This document shows, piece by piece, positions 17,953 through 26,441 of a stretch of DNA of 64,000 nucleotides. This DNA comes from Candidatus Aldehydirespirator sp. (lineage in GTDB: Bacteria > Actinomycetota > Acidimicrobiia > Acidimicrobiales > Aldehydirespiratoraceae): positions 1,764,154 to 1,828,153 of the forward strand of contig OZ252146.1 in NCBI GenBank assembly GCA_965248735.1. Reading direction: 5' to 3'. Every line of letters starts with the position of its first letter. The first letter of the stretch is position 1. The notes beneath the pieces are model-generated. The model saw only the letters and a program-made list of their open reading frames with translations. It was not told the origin of the DNA and did no database searches. The position numbers and the translations under genes were made by a program.

Positions 17953-19230
17953 CCCAGGCGACCAGCAGCTCGCGGGGGCCGCGGAAGGTGATGTTCCCGA
18001 AGCGCTGCAGGCTCTGGCCCTCGACCAGTCGCAGCGACGGGATGCGTTCGGTCAGCACCTCCAGGGCTACGGTGGCTTCCAGGCGGGCCAGCCGGGCGCC
18101 CAGGCAGAAGTGGATGCCCTTGCCGAAGGAGATGTGGTTGCGGGCGTTGGGCCGGTGGATGTCGAAGTTGCCGGGGTCCTCGAAGATGTCGGGCTGGTGG
18201 TTGGCCGCGGCCAGGCTCATGAAGATGTTGGTCCCCGCGGGCACCTGCACTCCGGCCACCTCGGCGTCGGTGTTGGCCACCCGGCGCCAGCTCGTCTGGG
18301 GCGACTCGAAGCGCAGCACCTCCTCCAGCGCGGCACCTATGAGCGAGCGGTCCGCGCACAGCTGGTCCCACTGGGCGGGCCGCGACAGCAGGCAGATCAG
18401 CGCGTTGGACAGGAAGTGGCTGACGATCTCATGGCCCGCGAACGACAGGCCGTACACGATCGACTCCACCTCCCGGTAGGCGAGCTCGTCGGGGTCGGTG
18501 TGGTGCACGGCCAAAAGCTCGGAGGTGAAGTCGTCGCCGGGGTCGTGCACCTTGGACGCCACGAAGTCGCGGCAGTAGCGCCAGTAGGCCAGCATCTTGT
18601 GGGCGATCTGCACCTGCTCGGCCTCGGTGGGCTTGCCCCAGCTGAAGGCCAGGCGGTCCGAGCACCACTCCTTGAGCTTCCCGTCGTCGCTGTCTGGGAA
18701 GCCGATGAACCGGAAGATCGTCTCGCCCGGCAGCGGGTGCGCGAACACCGGCACGAAGTCCGCCGGCGACCCGGCGCCCAGCAGGGCGTCGGCGAGATCG
18801 TGGCTGCGGCCGCGGATGTAGGGCTCGAGGATTCGCATGCGCCGGTTGGAGAAGCCCTGCTTGGTGTGGTTGCGGATGCGGCCGTGGTCCGGCGGCTGGC
18901 GGTTGGACATGACCGCCACCGGGTTGAAGTCCGCCGCGGCCAGCACGGCGTGGGCGGTGTGGCTCAGGGGGAACACCGGGTCCTGCACGTTCTGGGAGCC
19001 GAACGTCTCGGGGTCCAGGAACACCTCGCTGAGGTCCTCCATGCGAGTGACAACGAGGTAGCCGAGCTCGCTGGAGTAGAACACCGGCGTGTCCCGCAGC
19101 CCGTCGAGCACCGCGTACGGGTCGGCCAGATAGTCGGGCGCGAACGGGGTGAAGCCGTTGACGGGGCAGCCCGAGGGCGGCGGCGGCACCTCGTCGGGCA
19201 CGCGGTGGTAGGAGGCCTCGGTCTGGGTCA
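17945..19230 (-). CDS. Cytochrome P450
   Basis: Heme-binding FGKGIHFCLGARLA and EVLRFESP (ExxR) motifs. ATG at 19230 preceded by GAGGAAGAC. The ORF-track start at 19390 adds an implausible N-terminus. Confidence 0.9.
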
Positions 19231-19422
19231 TGTCTTCCTCTGCAGCACTCTGTTCGCCCATCTTCGCGCGGTGCGACGGTCGGGCGCCCGCGGTCGTGTC
19301 GTGCCAGGACCCACCGGCGCCGAACTTCCGGGAGTTGTGCCCGTATGTGACCGAAAACCGCCGGAAGTTCGCTCCGAGCCGAGGTGGCACCGCTTCCGAC
19401 GGGCCGCGTTAGGGTCTGAGCA

Positions 19423-20952
19423 GTGGTCAGGACGCTTGCTGCCGCCACCCGCCGGGTGCTGGGATCGCGCCGCCGCGGCACGCGGCCATCGGCCACCGGC
19501 CCGTCGGCGGGGGCCGGTGACGCCGCCCTGGTAGCCGACTTGGAGGCCGCCATCGGGGCCGACCGGGTGCGTGCCGACGCCGCGGCCCGCTATCTGGCCT
19601 CCCGGGACGCCTCCATCTATCTGGAGGGCAGCGCCGGGCCGGTGTGCTACCCCGGCTCGACCTCCGACGTGGTGGCCTGCGTGAAGGTGGCGGCCCGCCA
19701 CGGCCGGGCCGTGTCTCCCCGGGGGGCGGGCACGGGCCTCGCCGGGGGCGCCGCGCCGCTGGGCCAGCCGGTGGTGCTGGCCATGACCCGCATGAACAAG
19801 CTGCTGAAGATCGACCTCGACAACGGCGCGGCCTGGGTGCAGCCAGGCATGGTGAACCTCGACCTGACCCGGGCCCTCGCGCCCCACGGGGTGCATTACG
19901 CGCCGGACCCGTCCAGCCAGGCCGCCTGCACCATCGGCGGAAACGTGGCCAACAACTCCGGCGGCCCCCACTGCCTGGCCTACGGCGTGACCAGCGCCCA
20001 TGTGCTGGCGGTGGAGGTGGTGCTGTCGGACGGGTCGGTCGCCACACTGGGCGACCTGACCGCAGAGCCGGCCGGATACGACCTGAGGGGAGCCTTCGTG
20101 GGGTCGGAGGGCATGTGCGGCATCGCCACCGCGGTGGCTGTGCGGCTCACCCCCAACCCGCCCGCGGTGCGCACCATGCTGCTGTGCTTCGACGACGTGT
20201 CGGACGCGGCGGCCACCGTCAGCGCCATCATCGCGTCCGGGATCGTGCCCGCGGCCATCGAGATGATGGACCAGCGCTGCGTCGTCGCGATCGAGGACTT
20301 CGCCCAGGCGGGCTATCCCAAGGACGCGGCCGCAGTGCTGCTGTGCGAGGTGGACGGCCCCGCGGGGGGCGTGGCCATCGCAGGGGAGCGGATCGCGGAC
20401 ATCGCCCGGCGCAACCAGGCCATCAGCGTGCGCACCGCCGCCGACGACGACGAGCGGGCCCGGCTGTGGAAGGGCCGCAAGAGCGCCTTCGGCGCGGTGG
20501 CCAACGTGATGCCCGACTACTACCTGCACGACACGGTGGTGCCCCGCACCAAGCTGGTGGAGGTGCTCGAGCGGGTCTATGAGATCGTCGACCGCTACGA
20601 CCTCATCGTCCTCAACGTGTTCCACGCGGGCGACGGAAACCTGCACCCGATCCTGGCCTACGACTCCAGGGTGCCCGGCGCCGACGAGCGGGTTCACGCC
20701 GCGGGGCGCGAGATCATCGAGATGTCGCTGGAGATGGGCGGGGCGCTGACCGGCGAGCACGGGATCGGGGTGGAGAAGCGCGAGTACATGAGCCGCATGT
20801 TCAGCGCGGTGGACCTCGACCAGCAGAGCCGCCTGCGGGCCTCGTTCGACCCCTACTGCCGCATGAACCCCGGCAAGGTGCTGCCCAGCGCTCACAGCTG
20901 CTCCGACATCGCTGCGCTGCGGGCCTCCGACGCGGCCGGCGTGTGGGGATGA
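19423..20952 (+). CDS. glcD: FAD-linked oxidase, glycolate oxidase subunit GlcD
   Basis: 509 aa. PCMH-type FAD-binding domain (VSPRGAGTGLAGGA) and C-terminal FAD-oxidase domain (TGEHGIGVEKREYM). Followed by glcE and glcF. Confidence 0.85.
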   Translation: MVRTLAAATRRVLGSRRRGTRPSATGPSAGAGDAALVADLEAAIGADRVRADAAARYLASRDASIYLEGSAGPVCYPGSTSDVVACVKVAARHGRAVSPRGAGTGLAGGAAPLGQPVVLAMTRMNKLLKIDLDNGAAWVQPGMVNLDLTRALAPHGVHYAPDPSSQAACTIGGNVANNSGGPHCLAYGVTSAHVLAVEVVLSDGSVATLGDLTAEPAGYDLRGAFVGSEGMCGIATAVAVRLTPNPPAVRTMLLCFDDVSDAAATVSAIIASGIVPAAIEMMDQRCVVAIEDFAQAGYPKDAAAVLLCEVDGPAGGVAIAGERIADIARRNQAISVRTAADDDERARLWKGRKSAFGAVANVMPDYYLHDTVVPRTKLVEVLERVYEIVDRYDLIVLNVFHAGDGNLHPILAYDSRVPGADERVHAAGREIIEMSLEMGGALTGEHGIGVEKREYMSRMFSAVDLDQQSRLRASFDPYCRMNPGKVLPSAHSCSDIAALRASDAAGVWG

Positions 20953-21103
20953 GCGCTGGATGTCCAGTCTCGAAGGTTGCGATGCACTGGGCGCACGCTG
21001 CCACCGTGGCGAGGCCCAGAATCTCGGTGTTGCGTCCCGGGCCTGAGCTCGGCGATTGGGGCCGCGGCCGGACCGGAAGCGCAATCCGCCTAGAGCGGGC
21101 GCG

Positions 21104-22216
21104 ATGACCGCGTCCAACGGACGGTTCGTGTTCGATGAGGCCCTGACCGGCTTCGCGGCCGAGGTGGGAGCGGACGGGCCCGTATGCGTGCGGGGCGGCG
21201 GCACCCGCTGGAGCCTGGGCGGCGAGGTGGCGCCAGGCACCCGTGAGGTGCGAGCCCCGGCGGGCATCGTCGCCTTCGAGCCGGCCGAGATGACAGTGCG
21301 GGTGCGGGCCGGCACGCTGGTGGCCGAGCTTCACGAGGCTCTGTCCGCGGCGGGGCAGCGCACCGCCCTGCCCGAGCGTCCGGGCGGCACGGTGGGCGGC
21401 GCGCTGATGGCGGGCGAGTCGGGCGTGCTGCGCCTGGGCCTGGGGCCGGTGCGCGACGCCCTGCTGCAGGCCCGCTACGTGTGCGCCGACGGCCAGGTGG
21501 CCAGCGCGGGGGCGGGCACCGTCAAGAACGTCAGCGGCTTCGACCTGTGCCGGCTGCTAGTCGGCTCGCTGGGCACGCTCGGCCTGGTGGGCGAGGTGCT
21601 GCTGCGCACCGTGCCGGTGGGGGAGGTGGAGCGCTGGGTGCGTGTCGAGGGTGCCGACCCCCGGGCCGAGCAGGCCTGCCACGCCGCCATGTCCATCCTG
21701 TGGGACGGTGCCTCGACGTGGGTGCGGCTGGGCGGCTACGGGGTGGATGTGGAAGAGGACCTCGCTCGGCTGTCCGAGGCCGCCTCCGATCCCCCCGCGG
21801 ACGTGGACGATCCGCCCGAACTCCCGGCGCACCGCTGGTCCTGCACCCCCGCGGACGTGGACGGTCCGCCCGAACTCCCGGCGCACCGCTGGTCCTGCAC
21901 CCCCGCGGACGTGGACGGTCCGCCCGAACTCCCGGCGCACCGCTGGTCCTGCACCCCCGCGGACGTGGACGGTCCGCCCGAACTCCCGGCGCACCGCTGG
22001 TCCTGCACCCCCGCGGAGGCCGCGGCCTTCGACACCGACAGCGGAGCCGCGGGCCGCTTCGTGGCTGAGATCGGGGTGGGCGTAGTGCACGCCTCAGAGC
22101 CGCAGCCTCCCGGCCCGGTCGAGCCGGGCGTGGTCGAGCTGAATCGGCGGTTCAAGGAGCGCTTCGACCCTGACGGCCGCCTCAATCCCGGCCGCGACCC
22201 GCTTCGGAGGCAGTGA
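21104..22216 (+). CDS. glcE: Glycolate oxidase FAD-binding subunit GlcE with an internal 4 x 17-aa tandem repeat
   Basis: ATG at 21104. VCVRGGGTRWSLGG FAD-binding motif. Position between glcD and glcF. The repeat is described separately. Confidence 0.8.
   Translation: MTASNGRFVFDEALTGFAAEVGADGPVCVRGGGTRWSLGGEVAPGTREVRAPAGIVAFEPAEMTVRVRAGTLVAELHEALSAAGQRTALPERPGGTVGGALMAGESGVLRLGLGPVRDALLQARYVCADGQVASAGAGTVKNVSGFDLCRLLVGSLGTLGLVGEVLLRTVPVGEVERWVRVEGADPRAEQACHAAMSILWDGASTWVRLGGYGVDVEEDLARLSEAASDPPADVDDPPELPAHRWSCTPADVDGPPELPAHRWSCTPADVDGPPELPAHRWSCTPADVDGPPELPAHRWSCTPAEAAAFDTDSGAAGRFVAEIGVGVVHASEPQPPGPVEPGVVELNRRFKERFDPDGRLNPGRDPLRRQ
21797..22000 (+). repeat. Four tandem copies of a 51-bp unit, in frame inside glcE
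   Basis: GCGGACGTGGACGRTCCGCCCGAACTCCCGGCGCACCGCTGGTCCTGCACCCCC at 21797, 21848, 21899 and 21950. Only the first unit differs (GAT vs GGT). Encodes ADVD(D/G)PPELPAHRWSCTP x4. Confidence 0.95.
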
Positions 22217-22331
22217 TGCGCGCCGTGCACGATTCTTGGTGCGAGTTGTGTGGCTCTGGCACACGTTTCTCACCCGAGAATCGTCTGGACCGGCTCGGCG
22301 GCACACGGTCGTGCGCCCTCCGAAAGCTCTG

Positions 22332-23504
22332 ATGCATCTCGGGCTGGACGACGACGAGCTGGTCGCCTGCGTGTCCTGCGGGCTGTGCCTGCCGCACTGC
22401 CCCACGTTCGTGATCACCGGGCGGGACACCGAGTCGCCCCGGGGCCGGATCGCGCTGATGCGCGCCGTCCAGAACGAGGGCGCGCCCGTCACCGACGACG
22501 TGCTGCGCTCCATGGAGACCTGCGTGCAGTGCCGGGGCTGCGAGACGGCCTGCCCCAGCGCGGTGCCGTTCGGCCACCTGATGGAGGGCACCCGGGCCGC
22601 TCTGGCCGCCGCGGGCCGGATCACGCCGCGCTGGCAGCGCCTGGCGCTGGGAGTGCTGCGCCACCGCCGGCTGCTGCTGGCCGGCTCCACCCTGCTGGCG
22701 CTGGCCATCCGGCTGCGGCTGGTCCCGGCTCGCCGCCTGGGCCTGCCCGCGAGGATGCCGCTGCGACGACCGCCGCTGCGGGCCTCGGGCGACGACGTGT
22801 GGCTCTTCACGGGCTGCGTGATGGACGCCTGGCAGCGCGACGTGCACCTAGCGGTGCAGCGGGTGCTGGAGGCCGCCGGCGTCGGCGTGGAGCCCACGGC
22901 CGGGGCTGCGCCGTGCTGCGGGGCGCTGCACATCCACGCCGGGCTCGAATCCGAGACTGAGGCGATGGCCCGGCAGGTGATGGCCGGTCTGGCCGGAGAC
23001 GACCGTCCCATCCTGGTCGACTCCGCGGGCTGTGGCGCGGCGCTCAAGGACTACGGTCGGATGCTGGGCACCGACGAGGCCCGGGCCTTCTCGGCTCGAG
23101 TGTTCGACGTGCATGAGTGGCTGGCCGAGCACCTGGACGAGCTGCGAGCCCGGCGGCCGGTCGCTCCGCTGGATCTGACGGTGGCCGTCCAGGACCCGTG
23201 CCACCTGCGCCACGTGCAGCGGGCCCATCAGGCGGTGCCGGAGGTGCTGCGCCCGTTCGTCACGAGGGTGGTGGCCCTCGACGACGACGGCCTGTGCTGC
23301 GGGGCCGGGGGCGCCTACTCGGTGATGGAACCCGAGCTGTCCAGAGCGATCCGCGAGCGCAAGACCGCAGCCGTGGCCCGCTCGGGCGCGTCGGTGGTGG
23401 CCAGCGCCAACCCGGGCTGCTCGCTGCATCTCGCGGCTGCCGGCCTGGATGTGCGCCACCCCCTGGAGCTGGTCGACCAGGCCCTCTCCGCGTCCCGCGT
23501 CTAA
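22332..23504 (+). CDS. glcF: Glycolate oxidase iron-sulfur subunit GlcF ((Fe-S)-binding, CCG-domain protein)
   Basis: Two 4Fe-4S motifs (CVSCGLCLPHCP, CVQCRGCETACP) and two cysteine-rich CCG domains. ATG at 22332 chosen; the ORF-track start at 22236 is possible. Confidence 0.85.
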   Translation: MHLGLDDDELVACVSCGLCLPHCPTFVITGRDTESPRGRIALMRAVQNEGAPVTDDVLRSMETCVQCRGCETACPSAVPFGHLMEGTRAALAAAGRITPRWQRLALGVLRHRRLLLAGSTLLALAIRLRLVPARRLGLPARMPLRRPPLRASGDDVWLFTGCVMDAWQRDVHLAVQRVLEAAGVGVEPTAGAAPCCGALHIHAGLESETEAMARQVMAGLAGDDRPILVDSAGCGAALKDYGRMLGTDEARAFSARVFDVHEWLAEHLDELRARRPVAPLDLTVAVQDPCHLRHVQRAHQAVPEVLRPFVTRVVALDDDGLCCGAGGAYSVMEPELSRAIRERKTAAVARSGASVVASANPGCSLHLAAAGLDVRHPLELVDQALSASRV

Positions 23505-23604
23505 CCGCCGCGGCCCGGCTGCGCGTGTCGCGGGGCCCACGACAACGCCCTCTCGCGTCCGCGTCTAACCGCGGCGGCTCGGCTGCGCGTGTCGTGGGGG
23601 CCCA
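23482..23604. repeat. Tandem duplication (about 57-bp unit, 9-bp spacer) of the glcF 3' end plus downstream sequence
   Basis: CCCTCTCCGCGTCCCGCGTCTAACCGCCGCGGCCCGGCTGCGCGTGTCGCGGGGCCCA (23482-23538) recurs with a few changes at 23548-23604. The first unit contains the glcF stop (TAA 23502-23504). Confidence 0.8.
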
Positions 23605-23764
23605 TGTCGAGGCCTTCTGCGTGTCCTGCGCCTAGCGGCCGAGGTGTGAGCGGGAGCTAGCGACGGCGGGATTTCTTGGCGCACCCGGGAACCGGATGCC
23701 CGTGCGCGTCGTCGTAGGAGTCGATCGGGCGCACAGGGCGCCTGCCACCTGGAGGAGGGTGAAC

Positions 23765-25690
23765 ATGGCAATCACGAGACTGCAATGGCTCCGAACAAGA
23801 CCGAACCGGCGCAGGGCAACCTCCGGCGCAGGATGTGGCTCCGGACCCGGAGCGAACCGGCATCGGGCATGGCTGGGGGCGTTGCTGGCGCTGTGCCTGC
23901 TGGCGGTGTCGTGCAGCGGGCCCGGCGACGAGAGCGATTCGGCCGAAATGGCCGCGTCTTCCCCCACAGCGGAGTCCCGCGACGAGTCGGACCGATCTGC
24001 GGCCGACGTCGGCGGGGACCGCGACAGCTCGGGCAGCATCGACCTCGCCCCGTCGACCGCGCCCCGAAGCGGGACGGACGCGACTCAGGAGGCCCCCGCC
24101 GAGGCGACGGCGATGGTCGAGGAGGAGCCGATGGCCGAGGAGGCCGCCGACTACGACTATGCGGCCGCGCCCTCGCCGACCACCGCGCCCTCGCCGACCA
24201 CCACGGCCTACTCGTCCAGCAGCGGCGTGTCCCGGGAGGAGGCGGCCCAGTCGGATCGTGAGCGTCCCGAGGAGGAGCGCCGCCGGTGCCCGGAGTGCCA
24301 GTCCAATACCTTCGAGGACTACGGCGTCAACCCGTTCGTGGACACCTACGAGGACGATCTGTCCACCTTCGCCCTCGACGTCGACACCGCGTCCTACGTC
24401 GTGACCCGCAACTACCTGGAGGGCGGCCAGCTGCCGCCCATCGAGGCCGTGCGGGTGGAGGAGTTCGTCAACTACTTCGACGGCGGGTACCAGCCCGTGA
24501 TCGACGAGTTCAACATTACCCTGGAGGCGGCCCCCTCCCCGTTCAGCGATCCCGACCGGGTGATGCTGCGGGTGGGCGTGCAGGCGCCGGAGGTGCTGTC
24601 GGATCTGGTGATACCTGACAGCGTCGTGCTGGTGCTGGACCGCTCCGGGTCCATGGGCCAGTCCGCGGGTCCCGCCGACCGGCCGATGGAGAGAATGAGC
24701 CTGGTCCACGAGGCCGTCGAGCTGCTGCTGTCGGGCCTGCCGGGGCGCACCCGCGTCGGCGTCGTCGCCTACGACGATCGGGCCGAGACGGTCATCGAGC
24801 CGACCAGGCTGTCGGGCAACGAGGACTGGATCGGCGACGAGATCCGCCGCCGGGTCTTCCCCCGGGGCTCCACCAACGCCGAGGCGGGGCTGGTGCGGGG
24901 CTACGACATGGCTCTGCGCGAGGCCGACGACGGCCGGGCCGTGCTGGTGCTGCTGATGTCGGACGGCGTGGCCAACGTGGGCGCCACCCGCACCGACGAC
25001 ATCCTCGAGGAGATCGGGGAGCGGGGCGACATCGGTCTGTCCACCATCGGCGTGGGCCTGGGGCCGTTCAACGACGAGCTCATGGAGCAGCTGGCCAACA
25101 AGGCTGACGGCACCTACCACTACATCGACACCGTCGACGAGGCCCATCGCATCTTCGTGGAGAACCTCACCAGCCTGCTGGCGTCGGTGGCCCGCGACGC
25201 CAAGATCCAGGTGGAGTTCGACCGGGACAGGGTGATCTCCTACCGGTTGCTCGGGTTCGAGAACCGGGCCATCGCGGATGAGGACTTCCGCGACGACACC
25301 CGCGACGCCGGCGAGGTCGGCGCGGGGCAGAGCTCGACCGCTCTCTACGAGGTGACGCTGGACAGTGGCTGGGATCGTGGCCGCGGCCCGATCGCGACCG
25401 CCACGCTGCGCTACCGCCGCCCGGCCAGCGAGCGCATCACCGAGACGTGGGCCAGCCTGCATCCCGACGACGTGGAGAGCTCGTTCCGCGACGCCGGCGC
25501 CCACTTCCGGCTGGCCGTGGTGGCCGCCGAGTTCGCCGAGGTGCTGCGAGACAGCCCGTTCGTGGAGGACCGCAGCATGGAGGAGCTCAGCTACCAGGCC
25601 GACCGGGTGGCCGACGACCTGCGCCGCGACGACGACGCCGAGGAGCTGGCCGGTCTGATCGACACCGCCCGGCGCATCCGCCGCCGCTAG
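23765..25690 (+). CDS. von Willebrand factor type A domain lipoprotein (YfbK-like: vWA N-terminal domain, vWA, DUF3520-like C-terminus)
   Basis: ATG at 23765 preceded by GGAGGAGGG. Lipobox LLAVSCS. NTFEDYGVNPFVDTYEDDLSTFALDVDTASY N-domain. MIDAS-type DRSGSM. C-terminal FRLAVVAAEFAEVLRDSPF region. Confidence 0.85.
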   Translation: MAITRLQWLRTRPNRRRATSGAGCGSGPGANRHRAWLGALLALCLLAVSCSGPGDESDSAEMAASSPTAESRDESDRSAADVGGDRDSSGSIDLAPSTAPRSGTDATQEAPAEATAMVEEEPMAEEAADYDYAAAPSPTTAPSPTTTAYSSSSGVSREEAAQSDRERPEEERRRCPECQSNTFEDYGVNPFVDTYEDDLSTFALDVDTASYVVTRNYLEGGQLPPIEAVRVEEFVNYFDGGYQPVIDEFNITLEAAPSPFSDPDRVMLRVGVQAPEVLSDLVIPDSVVLVLDRSGSMGQSAGPADRPMERMSLVHEAVELLLSGLPGRTRVGVVAYDDRAETVIEPTRLSGNEDWIGDEIRRRVFPRGSTNAEAGLVRGYDMALREADDGRAVLVLLMSDGVANVGATRTDDILEEIGERGDIGLSTIGVGLGPFNDELMEQLANKADGTYHYIDTVDEAHRIFVENLTSLLASVARDAKIQVEFDRDRVISYRLLGFENRAIADEDFRDDTRDAGEVGAGQSSTALYEVTLDSGWDRGRGPIATATLRYRRPASERITETWASLHPDDVESSFRDAGAHFRLAVVAAEFAEVLRDSPFVEDRSMEELSYQADRVADDLRRDDDAEELAGLIDTARRIRRR

Positions 25691-25743
25691 CGATCTGGCG
25701 GCGCACGGGCTCCTCGAGCATCCGTGACTCACCCCAAGAGGAG

Positions 25744-25804
25744 CCCGCGAAGGGGCTCGGCGGCCCGGCCTGGAGGGGGTTGGGCCGCCGAGCCTCTTCG
25801 CGGG
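25744..25804. terminator. GC-rich 23-bp-stem hairpin downstream of the vWA gene
   Basis: CCCGCGAAGGGGCTCGGCGGCCC (25744-25766) pairs with GGGCCGCCGAGCCTCTTCGCGGG (25782-25804). A related hairpin recurs at 35302-35350. Confidence 0.65.
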
Positions 25805-25879
25805 CATGGCCCTGCGTTCGCGAGAAGGGGATGCGCGCGGTGAACGAGCCTGCATCTGAGGAGCGACCCCGAAGGTCAG

Positions 25880-26379
25880 TCAGACTCGCGTGAACCAGTT
25901 CGAGTCCCCGTGAGTGGCTCGCCAAGCTGCGCCGGGCGCTTGAACCCTTGCTGAACATCGGCCGCTCGTTGGCGTCGGTCCGTCCCCGGCCGGCCACCGC
26001 CGAGCCCTGTTCGCCGTCACCGTGTAGTCTTGCCGGTCGTTCCATCCTCGGCCGTCACCAGCACCTTGATCGTGTTCTTCCAAAGTCAAGGCTCACCTGG
26101 TGGCCATTGTCCGCATCGCCGTCGTCATCAACGGGCGTGATCGCGAACGCGGCGCCGTTGTGGGATGTGGTGGCCGACACCGTGGTCATGGCGACCTTGA
26201 CGGGCGCTTCAACCGTGTGGGTCTCGGTGTCGCTCACGAACTCCAGGCCGATGCCGGACAAGCTGAAGGGCGCTCAGCGTTGCGTCAGCGGCTTGCGGTT
26301 CGTCAGGATCGCTCTCCGGCGCTGGGGCTGCTCATCATTCTGTGGATGTTCGCGATGCGAGTTCTGTCCTCTCATCTGA
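25880..26379 (-). pseudogene. Decayed short paralogue of the giant surface protein (conserved leader plus one cadherin-like beta-sandwich domain, multiple frameshifts)
   Basis: Minus-strand ATG at 26379 encodes MRGQNSHREHPQNDEQPQ, near-identical to the giant gene N-terminus, and stops after 33 codons. Downstream frames give ...NGHQVSLDFG / KNTIKVLVTAEDGTTGK / DYTVTANRA. This is the same motif as GFQVDL..GSNTIKVGVTAEDKVATTTYDVVVTR, split over three frames. Confidence 0.7.
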
Positions 26380-26441
26380 ATTCCCCTACGAGTTGCCGGT
26401 TCGTTGTCGGTTCGCGTGAGGTTGTGTGCACGTGGTCCGGC

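Noticed and set aside
21797-22000. Whether any of the tandem repeats (12669-12768, 21797-22000, 26445-26963, 37441-37529) could be a CRISPR array.
   Set aside because: The units are directly adjacent with no unique spacers, two of them lie in frame inside genes, and no cas genes are present.
25897-25925. tRNA-like 3' fragment (CAGTTCGAGTCCCCGTGAGTGGCTCGCCA: T-loop TTCGAGT, T-stem and acceptor-like tail) at the left edge of the surface-protein insertion.
   Set aside because: No complementary 5' acceptor or T-stem, D-arm or anticodon arm can be found upstream, and I found no second copy in the window. At most it is a decayed att-type remnant, and it cannot be called a tRNA gene. It is mentioned only as context in the vWA-bracket finding.
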